46,052 bases of DNA. Origin: a virus (lineage: Duplodnaviria; Heunggongvirae; Uroviricota; Caudoviricetes). Position 1 is the stretch's first letter, and every line of letters starts with the position of its first letter. Positions 17,548 through 27,991 of this stretch are shown piece by piece. Location: the IMG/VR virus record IMGVR_UViG_2671180885_000005. One strand, given 5' to 3'. Made by a program: the position numbers and the translations under genes. The notes beneath the pieces were generated by a model. It was given only the letters and a program-made list of their open reading frames with translations. It made no database searches and was not told where the DNA came from.

Positions 17548-17898
17548 ATGCCACCACGAACCCCAAAAGCCTGCCGTGTTCGCGGCTGCCGCTCTACAAC
17601 CACAGACCCGTCAGGCTACTGCGAAAGCCACAAAAGCGAAGGCTGGAAGCAATACAAGCCAGGTCAGTCCCGTCATCAGCGCGGTTATGGTTCGAAGTGG
17701 GACGCTATCCGCGCGCGTGTGCTGAAGCGTGACAAAGGTTTATGTCAGTTATGTCTGCGTGCCGGTGTGGTGCGTGAGGCGAAAACCGTTGACCACATCA
17801 TCCCTAAAGCGCATGGCGGCACTGATGCCGACTGTAATCTGCAGAGTCTGTGTTGGCCGTGTCATAAGGCGAAGACGGCCCGTGAACGGTTAAAGTGA
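17548..17898 (+). CDS. HNH endonuclease (terminase-associated)
   Basis: Cys-rich N-terminus plus HNH motif (DHIIPKAHGGTDADCNLQSLCWPCHKAK); located just upstream of terminase small subunit. Confidence 0.8.
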   Translation: MPPRTPKACRVRGCRSTTTDPSGYCESHKSEGWKQYKPGQSRHQRGYGSKWDAIRARVLKRDKGLCQLCLRAGVVREAKTVDHIIPKAHGGTDADCNLQSLCWPCHKAKTARERLK

Positions 17899-18023
17899 TA
17901 ATAACTCTCAACTGTCTGAGGGGAGGGGCGGGTCACATCCCTGTGACCTGACGTCTTCCGGACTGCCCGCCCCATCGTTTTTTTATACCCGCGAAAAATG
18001 AAATTTAACCAGGAGTGCCGCAT

Positions 18024-18518
18024 ATGGCTGGAACGGCGGGGCGTTCCGGGCGTCGCCCCAAGCCAACGGCGCGCAAGGCGCTGGCCGGAAACCCCGGCAA
18101 GCGAGCCCTGAATAAAGATGAACCTGTTTTTACGCCCATCAAAGGTGTTGAGCCACCGGAGTGGTTCGCTGAAGAAGATCTCCCTCTCGCTACGATCATG
18201 TGGCAACTGACAACTAAAGAACTCTGCGGTCAGGGCCTGCTGTGCGTGACTGACCTCGCGGTGCTTGAGCGGTGGTGCGTGGCCTACGAGTTCTGGCGAC
18301 GTGCCGTGAAAAATATTGCCAGACAGGGCAACACCATCACCGGTGCAATGGGCGGTATGGTCAAAAATCCGGAGCTGACCGCCAAAAAAGAACAGGAGTC
18401 CGAGATGAGCAGTACGGGGGCAATGCTCGGACTCGACCCCAGCAGCCGCCAGCGTCTGATTGGCCTGGCGGGGCAGAAGAAAGCCACTAACCCGTTTCTG
18501 AAAATCATCGAATCATGA
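18024..18518 (+). CDS. terminase small subunit (P27-family-like)
   Basis: ATG at 18024 after AGGAG; basic N-terminus ([27 protein letters not shown]) typical of P27-family small terminases; precedes terminase large subunit. Confidence 0.75.
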   Translation: MAGTAGRSGRRPKPTARKALAGNPGKRALNKDEPVFTPIKGVEPPEWFAEEDLPLATIMWQLTTKELCGQGLLCVTDLAVLERWCVAYEFWRRAVKNIARQGNTITGAMGGMVKNPELTAKKEQESEMSSTGAMLGLDPSSRQRLIGLAGQKKATNPFLKIIES

Positions 18519-20248
18519 GCCGGAAATCTTACCCCAACGTAAATGCTGCCAATCAGTATGCCCGTGATGTCGTGCGCGGAAAGATTGTGGCCTGCCAGTT
18601 TGTGATTCAGGCCTGCCAGCGCCATCTTGATGACCTGATGGAGGAAAAAAGTAAGTCGTTTCGTTACCGCTTCGACAAGGACCTGGCTGAACGGGCCGCG
18701 AAATTTATTCAGCTGTTGCCGCACACCAAGGGTGAGTGGGCATTTAAGAGGATGCCCATCACGCTGGAGCCGTGGCAGCTCTTTGTGATCTGCTGCGCGT
18801 TTGGCTGGGTCAATAAAGGCTCCCGGCTGCGCCGCTTCCGTGAGGTGTATACCGAAATCCCCCGTAAGAACGGCAAATCGGCAATCTCTGCCGGTGTCGC
18901 CCTGTATTGTTTTGCCTGTGATAACGAGTTCGGCGCGGAAGTGTATTCCGGTGCCACGACGGAGAAACAGGCATGGGAAGTCTTTCGTCCGGCAAGACTG
19001 ATGTGTAAACGCACACCCATGCTGACGGAAGCGTTCGGGATTGAGGTTAACGCCTCAAACATGAACCGTCCGGAGGATGGTGCGCGTTTTGAACCGCTGA
19101 TCGGTAACCCCGGTGATGGTTCATCACCCCACTGTGCGGTGGTGGATGAATATCACGAGCACGCCACAGATGCGCTTTACACCACGATGCTTACCGGGAT
19201 GGGGGCGCGACGTCAGCCACTGATGTGGGCTATCACTACCGCCGGGTACAACATTGAGGGGCCGTGCTACGACAAACGGCGGGAAGTCATCGAGATGCTC
19301 AACGGCTCGGTGCCTAACGATGAACTGTTCGGGATCATCTATACCGTTGATGAAGGTGACGACTGGACCGACCCGCAGGTGCTGGAAAAAGCCAATCCAA
19401 ATATTGGCGTGTCGGTTTATCGCGAATTTTTGTTAAGTCAGCAGCAGCGTGCGAAAAATAACGCCCGTCTGGCAAACGTCTTTAAAACAAAACACCTCAA
19501 TATCTGGGTGTCGGCGCGTTCAGCGTATTTCAACCTGGTGAGCTGGCAGAGCTGCGAGGATAAATCACTGACCCTTGAGCAGTTCGAGGGGCAGCCGTGC
19601 ATTCTGGCCTTTGACCTGGCGCGTAAGCTGGATATGAACAGCATGGCGCGACTTTATACCCGCGAGATTGACGGTAAAACGCATTACTACAGTGTGGCCC
19701 CGCGTTTCTGGGTACCGTATGACACGGTGTACAGCGTCGAGAAAAATGAAGATCGACGGACAGCCGAACGCTTTCAGAAATGGGTGGAAATGGGCGTTCT
19801 GACCGTTACCGATGGTGCGGAGGTGGATTATCGCTACATCCTCGAGGAGGCCAAAGCGGCGAACAAAATCAGCCCGGTCAGTGAGTCACCCATCGACCCC
19901 TTCGGGGCGACCGGGTTGTCACATGACCTTGCTGATGAAGACCTGAACCCCATCACTATCATTCAGAACTACACCAACATGTCCGACCCGATGAAAGAGC
20001 TGGAAGCGGCAATTGAATCGGGGCGCTTTCATCATGATGGCAATCCCATCATGACCTGGTGTATCGGCAACGTGGTCGGCAAAACCATTCCGGGTAACGA
20101 TGATGTGGTGAAGCCCGTCAAAGAGCAGGCGGAAAACAAAATCGATGGTGCAGTTGCGCTGATTATGGCGGTTGGCAGAGCCATGCTGTACGAGAAAGAA
20201 GACACGCTGTCTGATCACATTGAGTCCTACGGGATCCGCTCGCTTTAA
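18515..20248 (+). CDS. terminase large subunit
   Basis: 577-aa ORF with overlapping start (ATGA); overall resembles HK97/Terminase_1-family large subunits. Confidence 0.85.
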   Translation: MSRKSYPNVNAANQYARDVVRGKIVACQFVIQACQRHLDDLMEEKSKSFRYRFDKDLAERAAKFIQLLPHTKGEWAFKRMPITLEPWQLFVICCAFGWVNKGSRLRRFREVYTEIPRKNGKSAISAGVALYCFACDNEFGAEVYSGATTEKQAWEVFRPARLMCKRTPMLTEAFGIEVNASNMNRPEDGARFEPLIGNPGDGSSPHCAVVDEYHEHATDALYTTMLTGMGARRQPLMWAITTAGYNIEGPCYDKRREVIEMLNGSVPNDELFGIIYTVDEGDDWTDPQVLEKANPNIGVSVYREFLLSQQQRAKNNARLANVFKTKHLNIWVSARSAYFNLVSWQSCEDKSLTLEQFEGQPCILAFDLARKLDMNSMARLYTREIDGKTHYYSVAPRFWVPYDTVYSVEKNEDRRTAERFQKWVEMGVLTVTDGAEVDYRYILEEAKAANKISPVSESPIDPFGATGLSHDLADEDLNPITIIQNYTNMSDPMKELEAAIESGRFHHDGNPIMTWCIGNVVGKTIPGNDDVVKPVKEQAENKIDGAVALIMAVGRAMLYEKEDTLSDHIESYGIRSL

Positions 20249-20259
20249 CTGAGGTAATT

Positions 20260-20442
20260 ATGATCATGCTGATTCTCGCGCCTCTGGTGGGCGTGCTGGG
20301 TGCGCTTTTGCTGGCGTATGGTGCCTGGCTGATTTATCCCCCGGCGGGGTTTGTTGTTGCCGGGGCGCTGTGCCTGTTCTGGTCGTGGCTGGTGGCGCGA
20401 TATCTCGACCGTACACAGCCGTCTGTCGGCGGAGGTAAATAG
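20260..20442 (+). CDS. small hydrophobic protein (60 aa, 2 predicted TM)
   Basis: ORF between terminase and portal with GAGG SD; entirely hydrophobic. Confidence 0.45.
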   Translation: MIMLILAPLVGVLGALLLAYGAWLIYPPAGFVVAGALCLFWSWLVARYLDRTQPSVGGGK

Positions 20443-21683
20443 TGTTCTTTTCGGGATTATTTCAACGAAAAAGTGACGCACCGGTGACCACGCCAGCAGA
20501 GCTGGCGGATGCTATCGGGCTGTCATATGACACCTATACCGGAAAGCAGATCAGCAGCCAGCGGGCCATGCGACTGACGGCGGTTTTTTCCTGCGTCAGG
20601 GTGCTGGCGGAGTCGGTCGGGATGTTGCCCTGCAACCTGTATCACCTGAACGGCAGCCTGAAACAGAGAGCCACCGGCGAACGTCTGCATAAGCTGATCT
20701 CCACGCATCCCAATGGCTATATGACGCCGCAGGAGTTCTGGGAGCTGGTGGTCACCTGTCTGTGCCTGCGGGGAAACTTTTACGCCTACAAAGTGAAAGC
20801 ATTTGGCGAAGTGGCTGAACTGCTGCCCGTCGACCCAGGTTGTGTGGTACCGAAGCTTAACAGTAGCTGGGAACCGGTTTACCAGGTCACATTCCCGGAC
20901 GGCTCCACGGATGTACTGAGCCAGGAAGATATCTGGCATGTGCGCACGCTGACGCTGGACGGTCTGGTGGGACTGAATCCCATCGCCTATGCCCGCGAGG
21001 CAATATCGCTGGCAGCTGCGACCGAAGAGCACGGGGCCAGACTGTTCAGCAATGGTGCGGTGACGTCCGGTGTGTTGCGTACAGAGCAGACGCTGTCGGA
21101 TCAGGCTTATGAGCGTCTGAAGAAAGATTTTGAGGAGCGTCACACCGGGCTTGGTAATGCTCACCGCCCGATGATCCTTGAGATGGGGCTGGACTGGAAG
21201 TCGATGGCGCTGAACGCCGAGGACAGCCAGTTCCTGGAAACCCGCAAGTTTCAGCTTGAAGAAATCTGTCGTCTGTTCCGTGTGCCATTGCACATGGTGC
21301 AGAACACCGATCGCGCCACCTTCAACAATATCGAAGAACTGGGGCTGGGATTTATCAACTATTCACTGGTGCCGTATCTGACCCGCATTGAGCAGCGGAT
21401 CAACACCGGACTGGTACGAAAAAGTAAGCAGGGCGTTTATTACGCCAAATTTAACGCCGGGGCGTTACTGCGCGGGGATATGAAGTCCCGTTTTGAAGCC
21501 TACGCCACCGGGATTAACTGGGGAATTTACTCTCCCAATGACTGCCGCGACCTGGAAGATATGAATCCGCGTCCCGGTGGGGATGTCTATCTCACACCGA
21601 TGAACATGACCACGAAACCCTCCGATGGCAGTAAAGCCGGTAAGCAGAAGGATAACGCCAATGCAGACGAAACAACGTCTTGA
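20442..21683 (+). CDS. portal protein (HK97 family)
   Basis: 413-aa ORF, GTG start after GGAGG; position and sequence character consistent with HK97-family portal. Confidence 0.8.
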   Translation: MFFSGLFQRKSDAPVTTPAELADAIGLSYDTYTGKQISSQRAMRLTAVFSCVRVLAESVGMLPCNLYHLNGSLKQRATGERLHKLISTHPNGYMTPQEFWELVVTCLCLRGNFYAYKVKAFGEVAELLPVDPGCVVPKLNSSWEPVYQVTFPDGSTDVLSQEDIWHVRTLTLDGLVGLNPIAYAREAISLAAATEEHGARLFSNGAVTSGVLRTEQTLSDQAYERLKKDFEERHTGLGNAHRPMILEMGLDWKSMALNAEDSQFLETRKFQLEEICRLFRVPLHMVQNTDRATFNNIEELGLGFINYSLVPYLTRIEQRINTGLVRKSKQGVYYAKFNAGALLRGDMKSRFEAYATGINWGIYSPNDCRDLEDMNPRPGGDVYLTPMNMTTKPSDGSKAGKQKDNANADETTS

Positions 21684-22311
21684 TGTACCGCTGAGTCTGA
21701 AATCTGTCAGTGACTCCGGTGAGTTTGAAGGGTATGGCTCCGTCTTTGGTGTAAAGGACAGCCACGATGATGTGGTGATGTCCGGGGCATTTGCTGCTTC
21801 CCTGCGGGCGTGGAGTGACAGAAAAGCGTTACCTGCGCTGCTCTGGCAGCACCGCATGGATGAACCCATCGGTGTTTACACCGAAATGAAGGAAGACGAT
21901 GTCGGGCTTTACGTCAGGGGGCGGTTGCTCATTGATGATGATCCCCTCGCAAAACGCGCACATGCACACATGAAGGCCGGTTCGTTAACCGGCCTTTCTA
22001 TTGGGTACGTCCTGAAAGACTGGGAATACGACCGGAGCAAAGAAGCCTTTCTGTTGAAAGAAATCGACCTCTGGGAAGTCAGTCTGGTGACGTTTCCGTC
22101 TAACGACGAGGCGCGGATCAGCGACGTCAAGAACGCGCTGGCCCGCGGGGAAATCCCCGAACAGAAAAAAATCGAAAGAGTCCTGCGTGATGTCGGACTC
22201 TCCCGTACCCAGGCCAAAGCATTCATGGCCGGGGGCTATGGCGCACTGTCCCTGCGCGACGCTGAGGATGTGGGCTCTGCACTGAATGCACTGAAAAATC
22301 TGAACTTCTAA
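21661..22311 (+). CDS. prohead protease (HK97 family)
   Basis: ATG at 21661 (MQTKQRLDVPLSLKSVSDSGEFEGYGSVFGVKDSHDDVV...) typical of prohead serine protease N-termini. Confidence 0.8.
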   Translation: MQTKQRLDVPLSLKSVSDSGEFEGYGSVFGVKDSHDDVVMSGAFAASLRAWSDRKALPALLWQHRMDEPIGVYTEMKEDDVGLYVRGRLLIDDDPLAKRAHAHMKAGSLTGLSIGYVLKDWEYDRSKEAFLLKEIDLWEVSLVTFPSNDEARISDVKNALARGEIPEQKKIERVLRDVGLSRTQAKAFMAGGYGALSLRDAEDVGSALNALKNLNF

Positions 22312-22325
22312 TCAGGAAAAATACG

Positions 22326-23531
22326 ATGGCGGTTGATATTAAAGATGTCGAACAGGTCGCGCAGGAGCTGCAGCAGAAGTTTGACGACTTCAAAGCAAAG
22401 AACGACAAGCGCGTGGATGCGATTGAGCAGGAAAAAGGCAAGCTTGCCGGGCAGGTGGAAACCCTGAACGGGAAACTCAGCGAGCTGGAAAATCTCAAAA
22501 GCGACCTTGAAAAAGAGCTGCTTGAGCTGAAACGTCCGGCAGGTGGAGCGCAAAATAAACTGGCCACCGAGCATAAAGAGGCGTTTGTGGGCTTTCTACG
22601 TAAAGGCCGTGAAGACGGTCTGCGCGATCTGGAGCGTAAGGCATTGCAGGTGGGTACCGATGAAGACGGTGGCTACGCCGTGCCGGAAGAACTGGATCGC
22701 AACATTCTTAACCTGCTGAAAGATGAAGTGGTGATGCGTCAGGAAGCCACGGTGATCACCGTTGGCGGTTCCGACTACAAAAAACTGGTGAATCTGGGCG
22801 GTACGGCTTCCGGATGGGTGGGGGAAACGGATACGCGATCCCAGACTGCCACCTCCAGACTGGAGCTGATTGAACCTCTCATGGGGGAAATCTACGGCAA
22901 CCCGCAGGCTACCCAGAAAATGCTGGACGATGCCTTCTTCAACGTGGAGGCCTGGATTAACAGCGAGCTGGCAACCGAATTTGCCGAACAGGAAGAAATT
23001 GCCTTTACCTCAGGCGATGGCACCAAGAAGCCGAAAGGGTTCCTGGCGTATGAATCCACTGATGAAACCGACAAGGTCCGGGCGTTCGGCAAACTTCAGC
23101 ATATTGTATCCGGCGAAGCGACCGCGGTGACCGCAGACGCCATTATCAAACTGATTTACACGCTGCGTAAGGCACACCGCACTGGCGCGAAGTTCATGAT
23201 GAACAACAACAGCCTGTTTGCCATCCGTCTGCTGAAAGACACCGAGGGTAACTATCTGTGGCGTCCGGGGCTGGAACTGGGGCAGCCGTCCTCTCTGGCG
23301 GGTTACGGTATCGCTGAAAACGAACAGATGCCGGATATCGCCGCTGATGCGAAAGCCATTGCATTTGGTAACTTCAAACGGGGTTACACCATCGTTGACC
23401 GTATCGGCACCCGCATTCTGCGTGACCCGTACACCAATAAACCGTTTGTCGGTTTTTATACCACCAAGCGCACCGGCGGGATGCTGGTCGATTCGCAGGC
23501 CATCAAACTGCTGAAGATTGCAGCGGCGTAA
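22326..23531 (+). CDS. major capsid protein (HK97 family)
   Basis: 401-aa ORF after the protease, with an N-terminal coiled-coil-like delta domain followed by the capsid domain. Confidence 0.85.
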   Translation: MAVDIKDVEQVAQELQQKFDDFKAKNDKRVDAIEQEKGKLAGQVETLNGKLSELENLKSDLEKELLELKRPAGGAQNKLATEHKEAFVGFLRKGREDGLRDLERKALQVGTDEDGGYAVPEELDRNILNLLKDEVVMRQEATVITVGGSDYKKLVNLGGTASGWVGETDTRSQTATSRLELIEPLMGEIYGNPQATQKMLDDAFFNVEAWINSELATEFAEQEEIAFTSGDGTKKPKGFLAYESTDETDKVRAFGKLQHIVSGEATAVTADAIIKLIYTLRKAHRTGAKFMMNNNSLFAIRLLKDTEGNYLWRPGLELGQPSSLAGYGIAENEQMPDIAADAKAIAFGNFKRGYTIVDRIGTRILRDPYTNKPFVGFYTTKRTGGMLVDSQAIKLLKIAAA

Positions 23532-23580
23532 TCACTCAGGGGCGCGGAACCGCGCCCCCTGTTCTGACGGGTGAAGAATC

Positions 23581-23781
23581 ATGATCCTGAAACAAGATCT
23601 GAAATGGTCACCGGACGGTATGCGTGTTGAGGTCATTCGGGCCGGTGAGTATGACGACGGGGCGCTTCCTGCCCGGGTGCAGGAGATTGCACTTCAGGCC
23701 GGGTTAGCAGAGCGCGGAACCAGTGCAAAAAGCAGTAAAGCGGCAAAAGAGAAAAAAGCCACGACCAGTAAAGAGGGCTGA
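23581..23781 (+). CDS. hypothetical small head-module protein (66 aa)
   Basis: ORF between the capsid and connector genes; no family assignment. Confidence 0.4.
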   Translation: MILKQDLKWSPDGMRVEVIRAGEYDDGALPARVQEIALQAGLAERGTSAKSSKAAKEKKATTSKEG

Positions 23782-23783
23782 GT

Positions 23784-24107
23784 ATGCTTCTGACAATGGA
23801 AGAGATTAAAGCCCAACTCCGGCTGGATGAGGATTTCGATGCTGATGACCGCCATCTGCAACTGCTGGCCTGTGCGGCGCAAAAGCGGACGGAAACGTAT
23901 CTGAACCGGAAGCTCTATGCACCGGATGAAACCATTCCGGAGAGCGATCCGGACGGGCTGCACCTGCCGGATGATATTCGTCTGGGGATGCTGATGCTTA
24001 TCAGCCATTTTTACGAAAACCGCTCGTCGGTTACGGAAGTGGAGAAACTCGACATGCCGCAGAGTTTTGGCTGGCTTGTCGGCCCGTACAGGTACTTTCC
24101 GCAATGA
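23784..24107 (+). CDS. head-tail connector (gp6-like)
   Basis: 107-aa ORF; position and N-terminus (MEEIKAQLRLDEDFDADD...) typical of phage gp6-like connector proteins. Confidence 0.65.
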   Translation: MLLTMEEIKAQLRLDEDFDADDRHLQLLACAAQKRTETYLNRKLYAPDETIPESDPDGLHLPDDIRLGMLMLISHFYENRSSVTEVEKLDMPQSFGWLVGPYRYFPQ

Positions 24108-24514
24108 AAATTCGTCAGGCGCAGACCAGCGCAACCTACATTCTGCCGGACCCCGGTGAACTGAATAAACACGTCCTGATCCGCCTGCGGGTGGATATGC
24201 CCGCGGATAACTTTGGCGTGGAGCCTCAATACCCGGTTACGTTCCGGACATGGGCGAAGGTTATCCAGACCAGTGCCACCACCTGGCAGGAAACCGCGCA
24301 GACCGGGGACGCCATCACCCATTACATCACCATTCGTTACCGCCGGGGGATCACCGCTGATTATGAGGTGGTCTGCGGTGACAGTGTGTACCGGGTGAAA
24401 CGTCAGCGTGATCTGAACGGGGCGCGGCGCTTTCTGCTGCTGGAGTGTACGGAGCTGGGCGAATGTAGGCAGAGTCACGGAGGCAGCAATGGCGACTCCC
24501 TTTTTTCACGTTGA
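24104..24514 (+). CDS. head closure / head-tail adaptor protein
   Basis: 136-aa ORF with overlapping start; synteny in the HK97-like head module. Confidence 0.6.
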   Translation: MKIRQAQTSATYILPDPGELNKHVLIRLRVDMPADNFGVEPQYPVTFRTWAKVIQTSATTWQETAQTGDAITHYITIRYRRGITADYEVVCGDSVYRVKRQRDLNGARRFLLLECTELGECRQSHGGSNGDSLFSR

Positions 24515-24995
24515 TGTTCAGCAGCCCGCCGAGATGCGCTTTAACCGCGCCCGTGTCCGGCGGGCGTTTGTCACGATTGGGCAGCGTCATATGCGTGATG
24601 CCCGTCGGCTGGTGATGCGCCGTGCGCGGTCGGCACCGGGTGAAAACCCCGGTTATCAGACCGGACGCCTGGCTCGTTCGATTGGTTATATGGTGCCGAG
24701 AGCCAGTAAAAAGCGAGCCGGTTTTATGACACGCATTGCCCCTAACCAGCGCAACGGGAAGGGGAACCGGATGATCTCTGGTGACTTCTATCCGGCGTTT
24801 CTGTTTTTTGGTGTCCGGGGAGGAGCAAAACGTCGTCGTAGTCATCATCGTGGTGCATCCGGTGGCAGCGGCTGGCGACTGGCTCCACGTAATAACTTCA
24901 TGGTGGAAACGCTTGAAAAGAACCGCAGCTGGACACGCTATTTTCTGGCGCGGGAATTGCGTAAATCACTGAAGCCGGAGCGACGACACAGATGA
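24489..24995 (+). CDS. HK97 gp10-like tail-component protein
   Basis: 168-aa ORF with GGAGG SD; synteny. Confidence 0.55.
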   Translation: MATPFFHVDVQQPAEMRFNRARVRRAFVTIGQRHMRDARRLVMRRARSAPGENPGYQTGRLARSIGYMVPRASKKRAGFMTRIAPNQRNGKGNRMISGDFYPAFLFFGVRGGAKRRRSHHRGASGGSGWRLAPRNNFMVETLEKNRSWTRYFLARELRKSLKPERRHR

Positions 24996-25552
24996 AACTG
25001 ACGCCTGTTATTGCTGCGCTGCGTGCCCGCTGCCCGTATTTTGAAAACCGGGTGGCAGGCGCGGCACAGTTCAAAAATCTGCCGGAGGTCGGAAAGCTGA
25101 GACTCCCGGCGGCGTATGTGGTACCGGGTGATGACTCTCCGGGAGAAAACAAAAGCCAGACCGACTACTGGCAGGAGCTGAAAGAGGGCTTCTCCGTGGT
25201 TGTCATACTGAGTAACGGGCGTGATGAGCGCGGTCAGTTTGCCTCGTATGATGTGGTGGACGATGTCCGGCAGATGCTCTTTAAGGCCCTGCTGGGCTGG
25301 AACCCGGAGGCGTGCGGTAACCCGATTACCTATGACGGCGGCACGCTGCTGGATCTGAATCGTCATGAGCTGATTTATCAGTTCGATTTTTCGGTCATCA
25401 GCGAGCTGACTGAAGACGATACCCGCCAGCAGGATGATCTGAACAGTCTGGATGAACTGCAAACGCTGGCGATTGATGTTGATTATCTCGAGCCCGGTAA
25501 CGGGCCTGACGGCGATATCGAACATCACACCGAAATAACCCTTCCTTCCTGA
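24992..25552 (+). CDS. tail completion / terminator-like protein (hypothetical)
   Basis: 186-aa ORF with overlapping start; synteny upstream of the sheath gene. Confidence 0.5.
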   Translation: MKLTPVIAALRARCPYFENRVAGAAQFKNLPEVGKLRLPAAYVVPGDDSPGENKSQTDYWQELKEGFSVVVILSNGRDERGQFASYDVVDDVRQMLFKALLGWNPEACGNPITYDGGTLLDLNRHELIYQFDFSVISELTEDDTRQQDDLNSLDELQTLAIDVDYLEPGNGPDGDIEHHTEITLPS

Positions 25553-25560
25553 GGATCCTC

Positions 25561-25731
25561 ATGTTTGTCAAACCTGTTAAAGGGCGGTCAGTTCCTGACC
25601 CTGCCCGCGGCGACCTTTTGCCCGCCGAAGGGCGAAAGGTTGACGAGAACAACTACTGGCTGCGCCGTGAAGTAGCGGGTGATATCCGGCGCGTGAATAA
25701 AAAGGTGAACACCGATGACGATAAGCTTTAA
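25561..25731 (+). CDS. small ORF (56 aa), possibly DUF2635-like; absent from the ORF track because under 60 aa
   Basis: ATG at 25561 preceded by GAGGA; translates to MFVKPVKGRSVPDPARGDLLPAEGRKVDENNYWLRREVAGDIRRVNKKVNTDDDKL; stop at 25729..25731; sits upstream of the sheath gene as in Mu-like tail modules. Confidence 0.45.
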   Translation: MFVKPVKGRSVPDPARGDLLPAEGRKVDENNYWLRREVAGDIRRVNKKVNTDDDKL

Positions 25732-27211
25732 CACCATTCCGTCGAATACGCTGGTTCCGCTGTTTTATGCGGAAATGGATAATCAGGCGGCGAATACTGC
25801 ACAGGACAGCGGAGCATCGCTGCTGATTGGTCATGCCAATAACGGTGCAGAGATTGTTGCCAACAGTCTGGTACTGATGCCGTCGGCAGACTATGCACGC
25901 CAGATTTGTGGTGCGGGAAGTCAGCTGGCGCGTATGGTCGAGGCTTATCGCCAGACCGACCCGTTTGGCGAGCTATATGTGATTGCCGTTCCTGAATCCA
26001 CGGGCGCGGCGGCAACGGTTACGCTGACGGTGACCGGCGCGGCAACCGAAACCGGCACGGTGAATGTTTATGTGGGACGTACCCGCGTGCAGGCACCGGT
26101 GACCAACGGCGATAACGTCGCGACGATTGCCAGCAGTATCAAAGATGCCATTAATGCCGTTCCGGCCCTGCCGTTTACGGCCTCATCTTCGGCAGGCGTG
26201 GTCACGCTGACCGCGCGTCATAAGGGGCTTTGCGGGAATGAAATTCCTGTCAGCCTCAATTACTACGGCTTTGGTGGGGGCGAAGTGCTGCCAGCGGGCG
26301 TACAGATTGCTGTGGCGACGGGGAGCGCCGGAACGGGCGCTCCTGTTCTCACCGGCGCGGTGGCTGCAATGGCGGATGAGCCGTTTGATTATATCGGCCT
26401 GCCGTTCAACGACACGGCCTCCGTTAACACGCTGGTGACCGAGATGAACGATACCAGCGGTCGCTGGAGCTATGCGCGTCAGCTGTATGGTCATGTGTAT
26501 ACGGCAAAGATCGGCACGCTGTCAGAACTGGTGACCGCAGGTGACCAGTTTAACCAGCAGCACATTACCCTAGCGGGGTACGAAAAAGAGACCCAGACGC
26601 CTGCCGACGAGCTGGCGGCAAGCCGTACCGCCCGCGCAGCGGTGTTTATCCGCAACGATCCGGCACGTCCCACGCAGACCGGTGAGCTGGTGGGTATGCT
26701 GCCTGCGCCGAAGGGGAAACGGTTCACGATGACCGAACAACAGACCCTGCTGTCTCATGGCGTGGCAACGGCGTATGTCGAAAGCGGGGTACTACGCATT
26801 CAGCGTGATGTCACCACGTACAGGAAAAACGCTTACGGGGTTGCGGATAACAGTTACCTAGACAGTGAGACGCTGCATACCAGCGCGTATGTACTGCGCA
26901 AACTGAAATCCGTCATTACCAGTAAGTACGGGCGTCACAAGCTTGCCAGTGACGGTACCCGCTTTGGTCCCGGTCAGGCGATTGTCACCCCGGCGGTGAT
27001 CAAAGGGGAACTGCTGGCAACCTACCGTCAGCTTGAGCGTGCGGGGATCGTGGAAAACTACGAACTGTTTAAGCAGTACCTGGTTGTGGAGCGTGATGCC
27101 AGCGATCCGAACCGCCTGAACACGCTGTTCCCGCCTGACTATGTTAACCAGCTGCGTGTCTTTGCCGTGGTTAATCAGTTCCGTCTTCAGTATTCAGAGG
27201 AGTCTGCATAA
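25715..27211 (+). CDS. contractile tail sheath protein (Mu gpL-like)
   Basis: 498-aa ORF; size, position upstream of the tube gene and N-terminus MTISFNTIPSNTLVPLFYAEMD are typical of Mu-like sheath proteins. Confidence 0.85.
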   Translation: MTISFNTIPSNTLVPLFYAEMDNQAANTAQDSGASLLIGHANNGAEIVANSLVLMPSADYARQICGAGSQLARMVEAYRQTDPFGELYVIAVPESTGAAATVTLTVTGAATETGTVNVYVGRTRVQAPVTNGDNVATIASSIKDAINAVPALPFTASSSAGVVTLTARHKGLCGNEIPVSLNYYGFGGGEVLPAGVQIAVATGSAGTGAPVLTGAVAAMADEPFDYIGLPFNDTASVNTLVTEMNDTSGRWSYARQLYGHVYTAKIGTLSELVTAGDQFNQQHITLAGYEKETQTPADELAASRTARAAVFIRNDPARPTQTGELVGMLPAPKGKRFTMTEQQTLLSHGVATAYVESGVLRIQRDVTTYRKNAYGVADNSYLDSETLHTSAYVLRKLKSVITSKYGRHKLASDGTRFGPGQAIVTPAVIKGELLATYRQLERAGIVENYELFKQYLVVERDASDPNRLNTLFPPDYVNQLRVFAVVNQFRLQYSEESA

Positions 27212-27567
27212 TGGCCCGTATCGGGGGAACCTGTTATTTCAAAATTGACGGTCAGCAGCTATCGCTGACCGGCGGCATTGAGGTGCCCATGAACAAAACG
27301 GTTAACGATGACATCATCGGCCTGGACGGTTCAGTGGACCGCAAGGAAACTCACCGTGCGCCTTATGTCAAAGGGACCTTCAAGGTGCCGAAGAATTTTC
27401 CGGTAAGCAAAATCACCTCGTCTGATGAGATGACCATCACTGCCGAGCTGGCGAACGGTCAGGTCTATGTACTGTCGTCTGCCTGGCTGCACGGCGAAGC
27501 GAACCATAATGCCGAAGAAGGCACGGTTGATCTTGAGTTCCACGGTGAAGAAGGGGATTACCAGTAA
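27211..27567 (+). CDS. tail tube protein
   Basis: 118-aa ORF directly after the sheath gene (TAATG overlap). Confidence 0.75.
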   Translation: MARIGGTCYFKIDGQQLSLTGGIEVPMNKTVNDDIIGLDGSVDRKETHRAPYVKGTFKVPKNFPVSKITSSDEMTITAELANGQVYVLSSAWLHGEANHNAEEGTVDLEFHGEEGDYQ

Positions 27568-27836
27568 TGAAAGAGCTTGAGTTAAAGAAACCGATTACTG
27601 CTCATGGCGAGACACTCTCCGTACTGGAGTTTGATGAACCCACCGGGAAGGATGTCCGCGAGCTGGGGTATCCCTACCAGATGAATCAGGATGAGTCAGT
27701 CAGACTTCTGGCGCATGTGGTGTCGAAATACATTGTGCGGCTGGCGAAAGTGCCGCAAAGCTCTGTCGACCAGATGTCTCCGGCAGACCTGAATGCAGCG
27801 GCGTGGCTTGTGGCCGGTTTTTTCCTCCAGGCCTGA
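27567..27836 (+). CDS. tail assembly chaperone (short form)
   Basis: 89-aa ORF upstream of tape measure; contains slippery heptamer T TTT TTC at 27818..27824 in the zero frame. Confidence 0.65.
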   Translation: MKELELKKPITAHGETLSVLEFDEPTGKDVRELGYPYQMNQDESVRLLAHVVSKYIVRLAKVPQSSVDQMSPADLNAAAWLVAGFFLQA

Positions 27837-27991
27837 CGGCTGAATACCTCACTGATCGCTTCTTTGACTGCGCCAGCTACTGGCGCATTAATCCTTTCGA
27901 ATTGCTGAATATGCCGATCAGTGAAATTCCCTTGCTGGTCAGTCAGGCAAACAGGATAGAGCAGGAGAAACGCACACATGGCGGAATTTGA
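27567..27991 (+). other. predicted -1 frameshift product of the tail assembly chaperone
   Basis: A -1 slip at T TTT TTC (27818..27824) enters the frame of ORF 27803..27991, which runs to the tape-measure start, the arrangement known from lambda G/GT. Confidence 0.5.

Noticed and set aside
17862-18724. Minus-strand ORFs 17862..18206 and 18284..18724 overlapping the HNH/terminase genes
   Set aside because: Antisense to well-supported packaging genes; no RBS.
20523-21293. 256-aa minus-strand ORF inside the portal gene
   Set aside because: Antisense to the portal gene in GC-rich sequence; the translation is Gln/Arg/His-rich and has no start context.
24351-25652. Minus-strand ORFs 24351..24848, 24938..25528 and 25398..25652 in the head-tail joining region
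   Set aside because: Antisense to a contiguous, translationally coupled plus-strand operon; Arg/Pro-rich low-complexity translations.
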